In this document: positions 28,112 through 41,914 of the stretch, in pieces
How positions within the stretch are numbered: the first letter of the stretch is position 1
How the letters are laid out: each line of letters starts with the position of its first letter
Assembly: GCA_900088475.1 (NCBI GenBank)
Contig: FLMG01002427.1
Span: 1-60,599 of the forward strand
Origin: Hyphochytrium catenoides
Taxonomy: Eukaryota > Protista > Hyphochytriomycota
DNA length: 60,599 nt
Reading direction: 5' to 3'
Made by a program: the position numbers and the translations under genes
The notes under the pieces: generated by a model
Databases searched by the model: none
What the model was told of the DNA's origin: nothing
What the model saw: only the letters and a program-made list of their open reading frames with translations

Positions 28112-28644
28112 TTAGTCAACCTTCTTGCGGAAGGAGCAGCCCTCGGTGAGGCGAGCCTTGCCTCCAGTTGGCTGGCAAAGCATGACAGAGCAGCTGCCGC
28201 AGAGAACAACGGTCTGGGCGTGTGAGAACACAGTGGTGCTGTACGAGTGGCAGATAGCAGCATTAGACTAGGTTAGCTATACTTTACAGAGCTTGACGTA
28301 CATGTTGAAGCATCCTGGGCACTTGACGTCCATGAAGAAAGAGTTGGGGGACTGCACCAAGCGCTTGAGCTTGTGCTTCCGCTTCTCGTCAGCGGCAGAT
28401 GGGTGAAGAAGATCCTTGACCTACATGCGCAGAAACAGTCAAACACACAGTCCCTAAACTCCACGAAGGCAAGAAGCTTCTCAAAAATATAAGACTGGCA
28501 ATCGCTAAATCTGCCAAAGTTTCAGATCTAGTTAACTCAGTTCTTCACGGTCTGTCAACTAACATGCACTTATAGCGGAACCAACCATCTCTAAACGCTC
28601 ACCGCTATGACTACACATAAACCACCGACAAACAGCCTTACCAT
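28112..28644 (-). CDS. RPS27: 40S ribosomal protein eS27 (3 exons: 28644-28642 ATG only; 28420-28302; 28238-28112)
   Basis: Spliced translation [82 protein letters not shown], with GT-AG introns. Missed by the ORF track. Confidence 0.97.
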
Positions 28645-29552
28645 GGTTATTGGCTGGTTGAAGACTCTGTAGCACAGCGACTTCTTATGCACAGCTTGTC
28701 AATGAGAGGTCTGGAGGGGAACTGCAGACAGACAAAGTGAAGGCTTCGGACCAGAGACCTCAAAGAGCCAAGCAGATTGCCTCAGAAAGAGCCCCAGCAG
28801 AGCTCCGCCCCCAGTGCCGCCAACCGCAATGCTCAGTTCAGTGGGCTCGCCGCCACTCCCCGCCATCCAGAGTGAGAACCCCCCCAACACGGGGTAGAGA
28901 CGGCTACTGGACGGACAATGGTTATAGTATAACTCTAGGGAGGGCGCTACCCTATGATAATGGACGGGGGCCTTCACTTTTCTAATGTATTCCTAATGAT
29001 CTCAGGACTTTGGTGTCTATATTAGAATAGATAGGGGTGAAATCGTGGATTATGGCTTCTTTCTAGTTTAGGTGTAAGGAAGCCGGTAAGAGAGCGTCCT
29101 CCGACACAACACAGACCTCGTACAAACGTTCCTTCCACCCTTTTCGTACAATCATTCTAATTCTGTCTTTGGGCGAACAACCCCACATCCTAAGAACAGC
29201 ATCTAACATCGAACAACACTCCCCGTGATAACCGCTAACCGCCTTCAGACACCCAAATGTGGTCATACATACGCAACCTCGTCTGTATATACTGCGGGAT
29301 AAAGTTAACATCGTACGCGTCCATTTGCTAAGCCTAACATTTGATAGCACAGGAAGTCTCCTAATAAGGCTGGCACTCAGCCAAAGGTCACAGGGCACGA
29401 AAGGAAGAGCAGCTTCTTCAGAACCAGCGCGGATCTTTCCTTGCAAGTTCTGACGGATGAACGGTGGTCTGCATCATCCTCAGCGGGAAGGCGTGCTGAG
29501 TAGTGAGAGCGCTGCCCCTTCTCTTTATAATTGATACCTCTTCAAGGTTCTT

Positions 29553-29744
29553 CTTCAAGCTTCATTCAATGCGAAGCAGAGCGCTGTCACATTGCTAGCT
29601 GCCAGCTCGTGGGAGCTGGGTACGGGTATGTCGTCAGCGTTGAAGCTTCTTCTGCTTCAAGCTCCATTCAATCGAAGCGGGGCGCTCCCACATTGCCAGC
29701 TGCTAGCTATCGGGGAACTGGGTGCGGGTATGTCTTCTACGTTG
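29553..29744. repeat. Imperfect direct tandem duplication, period ~102 bp
   Basis: cttcaagcttcattcaatgcgaagc...cacattgctagctgccagct...ctgggtacgggtatgtcgtcagcgttg (from 29553) is repeated as cttcaagctccattcaatcgaagc...cacattgccagctgctagct...ctgggtgcgggtatgtcttctacgttg (from 29655). Confidence 0.85.
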
Positions 29745-30277
29745 TTTCCCGGCTTGCCATGCCACAAGATACCATCACTCTCTGTGGTTGTGGCATTTAC
29801 ACTCTCTACTTAGTGGAAGGATTGGTGGCTGCTAACACGGCCAAGCTTTGGGAGAAGGTTCGAAAAGCATGGGCTTTAGGCCATGCCTGAAGTGTCCTAG
29901 TGCACAGGCTGTCCTCTTCTCCCTTCCTCACCTCCCAACGAAAGACAAACCCGGCTGACTTATTAACTGGAGGGCTAGGCCGATAGAAGCTCCATCGTAA
30001 CCTTCATAAAGATATTCCTACTGTAAGAATAAAGATGGGCACTTCAGTATCTCCTGTCAACCGTGCCGGGGCTGCCGCTACCAAAAGCGACACAGACCGT
30101 ACTACCATGCTCTCCTAATAGACCAGCGTGAAGTGCAACTCATAGTGCGAGGACCTTTCTCTGGGAGTTGTTGCTAATATGCAAGAGGATGGCGTGCGAT
30201 TTCTATAATATTGCTTCTTCTGCATCTTCTATTATAAGGTCACATAAAATAGATAAGCCCAGTGAGTTTGCCTCGCA

Positions 30278-31222
30278 TTAGTCAGAAAGCCGACATGTCT
30301 CTCGACCAAGCCTCTCGATGTGTCTATCCCTTCTGTTCAGTTGAAAGCGAACCTCCGCCTTTATCGCGGGAAAAATTCTTTTGAAGGCTTTCTCTGAGAG
30401 AGGTGTCCCAAGCCGGGCACTTTTATGAAATGTACGGCTTGTGGCTAGTATTGCAGGGGTTAGGCCCTTGTCGGCCTGCTGACACATAGTAAGCAGAGCA
30501 GCTCGCCGTTGGGCTCTTCTCTCTTCAATAGGAAGGTTCATGTACGCCGCTTTGCTGTTCTCTTCTCTCGCCTGCTTAGCCCGCTTGGCCTCCGCCCTCG
30601 TCTTCGCATCGCGTCTCTTCCGGGCTGACTTTTCCTTCGCTTTCGTCAATAGACTCCTCAAAGCAGGAACCTCTCTCCTCTGCAAAACGTCCTTGATAAG
30701 GTATTGTCTCGTCACCATGCTTTCACTTGGTCTGGGGGTGCTAAAGGTGAGGACCTCTACTTCTCTAAAGGGCAGACCGTGCAGTACGCTCTTCAGCTCC
30801 GAAGCCTCATCTCGTAGATAATGCTCCCGCAAGAGGATTTCAGTGACTGTCCGTTCTCTGAGGCATTCCCAGCAGCTTCTGAGAGAGAAGGCCCAGTAGA
30901 ATATCCGCACCGTGCCAGAGCCACAGAACATGCAGCCCACAGCGCCCATGAGGCTTAGTCTTAATTGAGGAGGCGGTCGGGCGCTCTCGCATTCTGCCAG
31001 CTGCATGCGCCATAGGTCTTTACCAGGGCCATAACCGTCTGCGGATCGCACTTTATAGATCTCCCAGGCACTGTCCCAGATCTCCGGATGATGCTTCAGA
31101 GCTTCGTGAAGCTTTTTGCAGACGCAGCTGAGTTTATTAAAAATCAAAGGATCCTCCCCGGCGTAGGTTATGCAGTTGACGAGGATCATTTTCAGGATCT
31201 CCGCTGGGAACTCAGAGAACAT
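30278..31222 (-). CDS. Intronless F-box protein with CxxC...CxxC motif and basic helical C-terminus (314 aa)
   Basis: N-terminus FSEFPAEILKMIL...LSCVCKKLHEAL...EIW fits the F-box consensus. It also contains GCMFCG...YWAFSLRSCWECL. The 945-nt ORF is uninterrupted and has non-repetitive composition. Confidence 0.8.
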   Translation of the reverse strand: MFSEFPAEILKMILVNCITYAGEDPLIFNKLSCVCKKLHEALKHHPEIWDSAWEIYKVRSADGYGPGKDLWRMQLAECESARPPPQLRLSLMGAVGCMFCGSGTVRIFYWAFSLRSCWECLRERTVTEILLREHYLRDEASELKSVLHGLPFREVEVLTFSTPRPSESMVTRQYLIKDVLQRREVPALRSLLTKAKEKSARKRRDAKTRAEAKRAKQAREENSKAAYMNLPIEERRAQRRAALLTMCQQADKGLTPAILATSRTFHKSARLGTPLSEKAFKRIFPAIKAEVRFQLNRRDRHIERLGRETCRLSD

Positions 31223-32620
31223 TGCTCAATTGCCTATAAGCCTATGCTCGCGCAGAAGCAGAGAAGTCAGGAAAGAGAAAGGAACGAGACTAGACCAAGG
31301 TATAGAAAGGATCGGCAGAACAACCATTGCCGGTTACTAAGGGAGCAGGAGCAAAGCAAGAAGGGGAGAAACGAAGAACAGACACGCAGATTGTCAGAGA
31401 AAGGAGGCAGCGTAGAGTGTAGGGGAACCGGGGGATGGAAAGCTCCTCTGAGAGCGAAAAGAGAGGGAGCCTGAGCTCGTTTCCATATCACTCGGTTTAA
31501 GCTCCTTGGCGGCTCCTTAGGAGGCTTGCACGATCCGCAAGCTCTCTTACGGTCCCTATCGAATAGGTGGCGGGAGGGAAGATGAGAAGAGGAGAGTTTC
31601 TCAAGCAGGGAGGAGAAAGAAACAAACAGAGAGAGGCAGAGAGAGAAAGAGACAGAGAGAGGAAAAGAGAAATTCAGAGGGAGAGAGAGAGAGAGAGAAA
31701 AGAATAGAAGAACCGGCAGGACAGAATCTGCTCCTTTCTGCAGCCAGCACTCTGAGAGGACAGAACTCAATCATAGGCAAACCCCCACAAGACAGAGCGA
31801 CCGCTGCTGGTGGGCCATTCCTAGTACGAGTAGTAGACCTATGAGACAGCTTGCGCTCTAGAAAATGAGGCTTTGACACTCCTCCTTAGGGTCCCAGCAT
31901 CCTGTTCTCCCTCCTCTTAGTCTGCAGCTTTCCCTCTCTTCTTTCTGCTATCATCCACTCCGTCATCCGCAAAAAAGGTCTTTTGTCTTTGCTCTGTGGT
32001 CTTCCTCCTTCGTTTCCTTCTTCTCTAGGCGTTACCGGGTCTCTTGAAGACTCAACTACCAATGTCACTTGCTGCTCAGCCCCCGGCTCGCGCTTGACTG
32101 GAGCTTCCAAGAGCGCGCTTGGACGCAGGAGAAGAAGAGTTAGTTGGCTAGGGCTCCTTGCGGCGGTGATGCCAGACAGAGCATAGACATAGTCCTTTCA
32201 TCAGTCCATTATGACCAAGAAGAAAGATGGCGCGGAAGAAGATAGACTTCTTGACAACAGAGAAGCATAATGTCTCGCGCTCGATAACCAGCATAATTTT
32301 TAATAGGCAGGCCACCCATATGGTTCTTAGTGTGAGAGTCCTAGGAAGATGGAGCTGCACTCATTCGTCTCATCGAAGTGTCTCTTTCTACTCCGCCTCG
32401 TGGGTCTTGCTACACATCAACACCATCAGCAGTCCACGTACCGATCTTCATCATCATCGCATCAGGCAGCGGCAGCAGGCAGACAGACAGACAGAAAGAA
32501 GAAAGGGAAAGGCTGTCTGACGCCTGTACCCACAAGGGTCTAGTAATCTGGGTAACAGAGGTGAACCCATGGAAGCGATACACGAACCCATATTTCCTTT
32601 GGCTATCTGATCTGCACTAT

Positions 32621-32661
32621 GATTGGCTGAAAAGGCGGGTTTGTGACATAATTAGCCAATC
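32621..32661. promoter_or_regulatory. Pair of inverted CCAAT-box-like motifs (gattggct ... agccaatc)
   Basis: An 8-bp inverted repeat containing ATTGG/CCAAT lies in unique sequence upstream of VPS4. Function is not demonstrated. Confidence 0.3.
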
Positions 32662-33877
32662 CGGAAGGAGAGTTTAACATGGGTCGTAAAGAGGGTAACT
32701 TACCCACATTCCTGTCCAGAAGAGCAAGTTTCTGTAAAGCTCTTCTCTTTTTTGCCTCTCTCTTTGACTCCCTCTTTCTCTCTCTCTCTCCCCTTGTCTC
32801 TCTCTCTCTCTCTCTCTGTCTGTCTCTCTCTCTCTATGTCTGACTCTCTCTCTCTCTTGCTCTTTCTCCTTCTCTCTTTCTCGCTCTTTCACCCCCTCTC
32901 TCTCTCTCTGTCTCTCTCTTTGCCTCTCTCTTTGCCCCCTCTCGTTGCCTCTCTCTTTGTCTCTCTCTTTGCCTCTCTCTTGTCTCTCTCAATCTCTCTT
33001 TTTGCTTCTCTCTCTCTCTCTCTCTTTGTCCCCCTCTCTCTGTCACTTCCTCCCCCCTTATTTACTGCGGCACTCTGTCTGCGGCTCTCTCTCCCTCTTT
33101 CCCTCCTCTTCCCTCCAAGAGAGTGGTTGTCTGCCCTTTCCCAACTTGCAGACTCATCGATTCAGTCCTCTTTCTCAAAGCAGACAGAGAAAAGTCTGGC
33201 ATCTCCTTGTCTTGCAAGCTCAAGGAGGCCCAGGAAGCTCAAGAAAGCCCAGGGAAGCGTCAACAGAAAAAGTCTGCAGCTGCATACACCGTTAAAGAGA
33301 GAAAGTGAAGAGAGAGGCGAAGCTCCGCGGAGATGCCAGAATAGAGGGACTGAAAGCCATAAGATTGGACGAAGAGAGCTTGATCTTGCTAGCTGAGGAC
33401 TGAGGAGGTAAGATTTTTTGCCTTTCTCTCACTCTCTCTCTCTTGCTCTTTCACCTCTTTCTCTCTCTGCTGGTCGTCTCTTTGCTGGGCACGTCCTTGT
33501 CAGGCTGCCTGACCTCTCTCTATGACCAACGCTACTTTCTTCTACCGAATCCTTCTCTTGTTGGCGTCCTCTCTCCCACCAAATTCTGTCTCTCTCCCAC
33601 TGGCACTTTCCCTTTCCCTGCCACTGAGGCTTCCTCTCTCTCTTTCTCACTCTATCTCTGTGTGTGTGTGTGTCTCTCTCTCTTTCTCTCCTCTCCCCCT
33701 CTTTCTCTCTCCCTTCACTTCTGTCGCTCTCTCTCTCTTTTTCTCTGTTTTGTCCTTTTTGCTTCCTCATTCTGCTAAGTCGTTGTTGGCTTCTGCCTTC
33801 TCTCACCCGCTTCTCCTCCACTTGCTTCCGTCTCTCCAGTCGCCTTAGCGCGCAGGTTCCGTCCGTCCGTCATTGTC

Positions 33878-37380
<3,503 letters not shown>

Positions 37381-37966
37381 AGAAGGGAGAGAAAATCTGG
37401 GCATCAAGAGCATTATTTTCTGTCAGTATGACTCTCGGTCCATCCCCCTGTTGAAGCTATCGAGCTCAGACAATGTAGCCGAAAGCTCAGTAAGTGAGCG
37501 AGCATCGAGCTCCTGTCTGCATAGTCGCCAAAGATCTCTGATCCGTCAAGGTCTTGACAACGAGGAAAACTAAGACGGAGCGTCTGAAAGGCGGGCGATG
37601 GTCTGTACCGCCTCGGTGTTCATGTACATAGCCCCAACCTGTGGCAACATCGTTGCACGGCCATAACGCCTAGAGGGCCGCTATTTCAATGATAAAATTC
37701 TAAGCTTGCTATGTCTCGGTTTGCTGCCATCATTCAAGTTCTTCCGCCCTAAGAGGCAGATACTCTCTGGGTGTCTATAGTAAGCACCTCCTCTTCTAGC
37801 TCGCTGTTACACATCTTCGCCATCTTTATTAGGCATCAGATGCGAGACTCTGACAAGCTTAAGGTTGGCAGTAGTGAATAGAGGCGAGGATTGCTATAAG
37901 GGAGGGAGATTGAGAAAGAGAGAGAAAGAGAGCACTAGAGGGAAGACGGATTTTTTAGATAGATCA

Positions 37967-40900
37967 CTATGACTTGAACTTGTCCAGCACCGCCAGTCCT
38001 CTCTCCTGGTATTCCTTCTTGCTGACCCAGAAGTCTTGCCTGTCCTTCATCAGGTCAGCCAGTACGCTCCCTCCTAGAAAAACCATGTGTTTCCTGCGTG
38101 GAGGATCTTCAATATTCAAGCGGAACTTAGAAAGACGACTCTTATCTCCCTTCAGCACTTCTTTCAAGTACCGCTCCTTGATGTCCTTCTCCATACGAGA
38201 AGGCAAGCCTAGAGGAGAGGTAAACAGACGTCAACCGTGGCCGTCTGAGAGAGAGACTGACAGTAGGCAAAAAATGGAACGATTTCTGCAGGTACCGAGA
38301 CAACTGGATGCTCTCTCTTCAGGAAGAAGGTAGAGAACGAGAACCAAGAGGAACCAACCAACAGATATCGAGGTCAAGGACTTGCCTGGGTACATGCTTG
38401 ATCCGCCAGATAGTACGATGTGCTTATAGAACTCGGATCTTAAGTCTATATCTGCCGCTTGGATCATGTCAAAGACGAGGTCGCTTATACCTCCGCCTTC
38501 CACATCGATGAGGGACGGAGTGAAGAGTGCCTAGAGGTGCTGTTAGATCACTAGCGCCATAAAAGAAAGGGAAGTAGGATGATAGGACCATGAGCTAGAG
38601 CAAGAGCATCAAGATGTAATGAGGATAACGTGAGAATCAGCACCAGCCTAAGGGTTGCTGAATAGAGAGCGAAGAGGATTGAGAAACGGCCAAAGTTGAC
38701 AAAGGCAGAGCATTGTGGGCGGTTGAATTGGGGTCTCGGAGAAATAAGACGTGACTTGCGAGAGTTTAGCACATAGGATTGTCTGGAAGTCGAGGATGGA
38801 CATGGAAAGGACATCAAGAGGCATCCGCACCTCTGGAGCTTCATATCTCTCACGCCCCAGTTTGATTACCCTTCCGTCAGGTAGCTGCGAGAGGAATCAA
38901 CATCAGCTAAATTATCCTACAGAGGATACTTCCACTTATCGCGCGCTCTCGTTCTGCCCTCTCGTCGTTCTCCAGTTCTCAATTCTTTCTTGTGCTTTTC
39001 TCTTTCCACGCTCTCTCTGGCATACCTCATAGGTTCGCATGAGAACCGTAGTCTCCTCTGCTAACCTTCTTTCTGCTGATGGCTCCAGGGCAACATAACA
39101 GAACTTCTCTTTGATTTGTCGAACAGTCTCAAAGTCTGCTGTCCGGTTGAAGGCATAGCTATACCGAGTGACGGTCAGAGAGAGTGACTGCAAAAAGGGA
39201 GAAGCCATGGACAAAGGACTAGAACCACCTGGGCTAGGGACACACTCAAGAGACTCAATGAGCTTCTAAGAGAGAAACCTAGCCACGAACGGCCCATGTT
39301 CTAAGAAAGGTCAGCCATCTCGGTTCAAGATAGAGGAGAAAGGAAGGTTAGAGCGCGCAAGCGAGCGAAAGGAGACATTTACCCTCTGAGTAAGAGAAGC
39401 TTGATGAGATATCGCGTGATATGCCGCCCAGCTACATCCAGTCTCCTGATTAGATGCTGAGGCACGAAACCCTCGTACACGGGCACCACGTGAGTGACGC
39501 CGTCGCCAGTGTCCACCACCACACCCGTCACCAGACCTGGGCGGTTCGAATGGATGAGACGGGCAAAGGGGAAGAGAGAGATCGGCATGCCAGGTCACAA
39601 GGACGAGTTTAGAGGGAGTTAGACAGCTTCACTGAAAGCTAAAGAGGCAGAAGAGAGGAGAGCAGCTATTCAAATCCAATGAGTGCGGATGACGATTGAA
39701 GGTAGGAAGATGGATGATGGACTGAGGGTGGACAAAGCAAACGCTACACGAACAGCTATCGTCCCAGAAGATGGAGCAGAAGTTGGACACAGCATTTCGA
39801 GACAAGCCTGGACCGCAGGAGACAGGAGCCCCTGACGAAGGAAGCATAAAAAGCACGACAGGAAATGATCGGAAAGCAAATAGACCACGGAAGGGAAGAC
39901 CAGGGAGGGCCAATCCGGTGCAGACCGAGAAAGAAGAGTGCGGAAGAGAGAGAGAGAGAAAGGAGTGAGAGAGTGGAGATCAAGCAGGACCTTGTGCGTA
40001 TAGCGTCAGCATGGCCTGGATGGCAATGTAAGACCCATCAAAGCCGTACTTTTCGAACATCACTTCCATCAGCTTCTCCCTGTTCTTCTTGGGGTTTAGT
40101 GGAGGCTCTGTCATCATGATCTTCATGTCTATGAGAGAAGATACGGGTAAGTAGAAGGGTCCAGGGCGAGTAGGTGGCACAACTATTGAGGATGAAGAGG
40201 AACCGACCATGAAAGAAAGAAGAGGAGCACTCCTGACAAGGCACAGGAACGGAGAGAGGACGGGAGCAACAAGGGAGAGAGGGAGAGAGAGAGAGAGAGG
40301 GGGGGAGACGGAGAGAGAGAGAGAGAGAGAGAAAAGAGAAAGAGAGAGAGCTCCATATAGATTTTAAAGGTTGGGCAACCTGCGTTCGGCTTAGAATCGA
40401 ACGGAGGAAAGACAACAGCTTATCCTTGAAGAAAGAGCGCGACCACGAGGTACTAGAGTTTACCTGCCGGGTTGATCTTCATTCTGTCAAAGAAGGTATA
40501 GTTCCAGAGATGCTCCATGTCATCCCAATTCCGCACGATTCCATTCTCTACTGGGTAGGAAATGTCTAGCATGTGTCGCGCAGCAGCAGCCTCATCACCG
40601 CACATAATATCCTGCCAATAGGAGGGAAAAGGTAAGAACTCTGAACTCGCTCGCAAAAGAGAGGCTAGGGACTAGGCCGCAGCGGAGAGAGAGCACTGTT
40701 GAGTCATCAGGGAAGGAAGAAGACCAGGATAGGCAACAACAGACCCAGCCTCTTCCGCTCAATAGGGAAGCAAGACATACTAGCTGTCATAAAAGGAAAT
40801 TGGGCATTATCAATGCTTCTTACTTTCAGCTCAACAGTGTTGGACACGTATGACTCCTCCGCTCGGATGATCGGCCGCCCAATCATGGAAGGAAAAATGG

Positions 40901-41073
40901 CACTTGGAAAGTTTTCTCCGGCGTATCCCACCTTAACAAACTAGAGAGCGAAAGGCGGGGACAAGGTGAGAAAAGATCATCAAGAGAAATGGGTGAATAT
41001 ACGATTGCGTCATATATGTTTTTCCTCCGCTTACCCCTGTCCCATTATCGCAAACCAGTATATTGCTTGGCAT
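37967..41073 (-). CDS. ARP2: Actin-related protein 2 (Arp2/3 complex)
   Basis: [148 protein letters not shown]. Confidence 0.97.
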
Positions 41074-41706
41074 TTTGGAGAAGCGCTCTTCAAAAAGACT
41101 ACGACGTAGGTCCTCAGCCCAAAGTCTATTCCTCTCTGAAAAATGGGCGCAGCTGGTAAATCCCACTCACTTTTCTCCCCTTGCGTGGAAGAGGCTGCGC
41201 AAGACAAGCTTATAAATATGAAGGGGCAACAAGGTAGTCAGAGGTCTATTCTGAAGATTTCATCGAGATGTCGAGCTTCATCTTCAGAAAGATCTGCAGA
41301 CAGAGGAAATGTCACGATGCCAATCTGCATAATCCCACAGCCAAATTGGCAATTACACTTTAAGAGCGTATATTTCCAAAAGATATAGCTATTTGGGCGA
41401 ATTGGGATCGTACGTTTCTGAAAGAGGAAGCGAAAGATTCAACCCTCAGTAACCGAGCTTATTATTATACGCACTTCGGTATTATACAAAATTCTTTCTT
41501 ACTAAAAGCTTCAAGCACTGATAATCAAAGGGGATCAGAGGCTAGTTATCAGTTACACAACCGTTTTGAAGGTTGAGCCACGGAAATTTCTTCAGCTTCA
41601 GCTTCCGATGCCGATCCAGCCCCTGGGTGGAGATTCATCGATCTTCGGGAGTAAGATCTTGAGCCTTCAGCCTCCAAATGAACCCTTGGCTGTCGTGAAT
41701 GGCTAG

Positions 41707-41741
<35 letters not shown>

Positions 41742-41914
41742 ATCGCTCTCTGTTTCGTTTACTTCTTGAAGTAACAATAAAACGGTTCGTGGCTGGCGTC
41801 CACTGCCGAACGGGACGTATCGGCTTCCTTAGTCTTCCTTCCTCGAGCAGTTGAGAGCTAAGTGAGCTGATTCTAGGGCAGATTCCGAGGGTGAGGGAAG
41901 AGGGAGGGAGACTT

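Noticed and set aside
32752-33396. Long Ser/Leu- or Arg/Glu-rich ORFs (also 18851-19414, 19623-20180, 43737-44486, 44904-45503, 59078-59788 and others)
   Set aside because: They are translations of CT/GA microsatellite, which lacks stop codons. They have no protein-like complexity.
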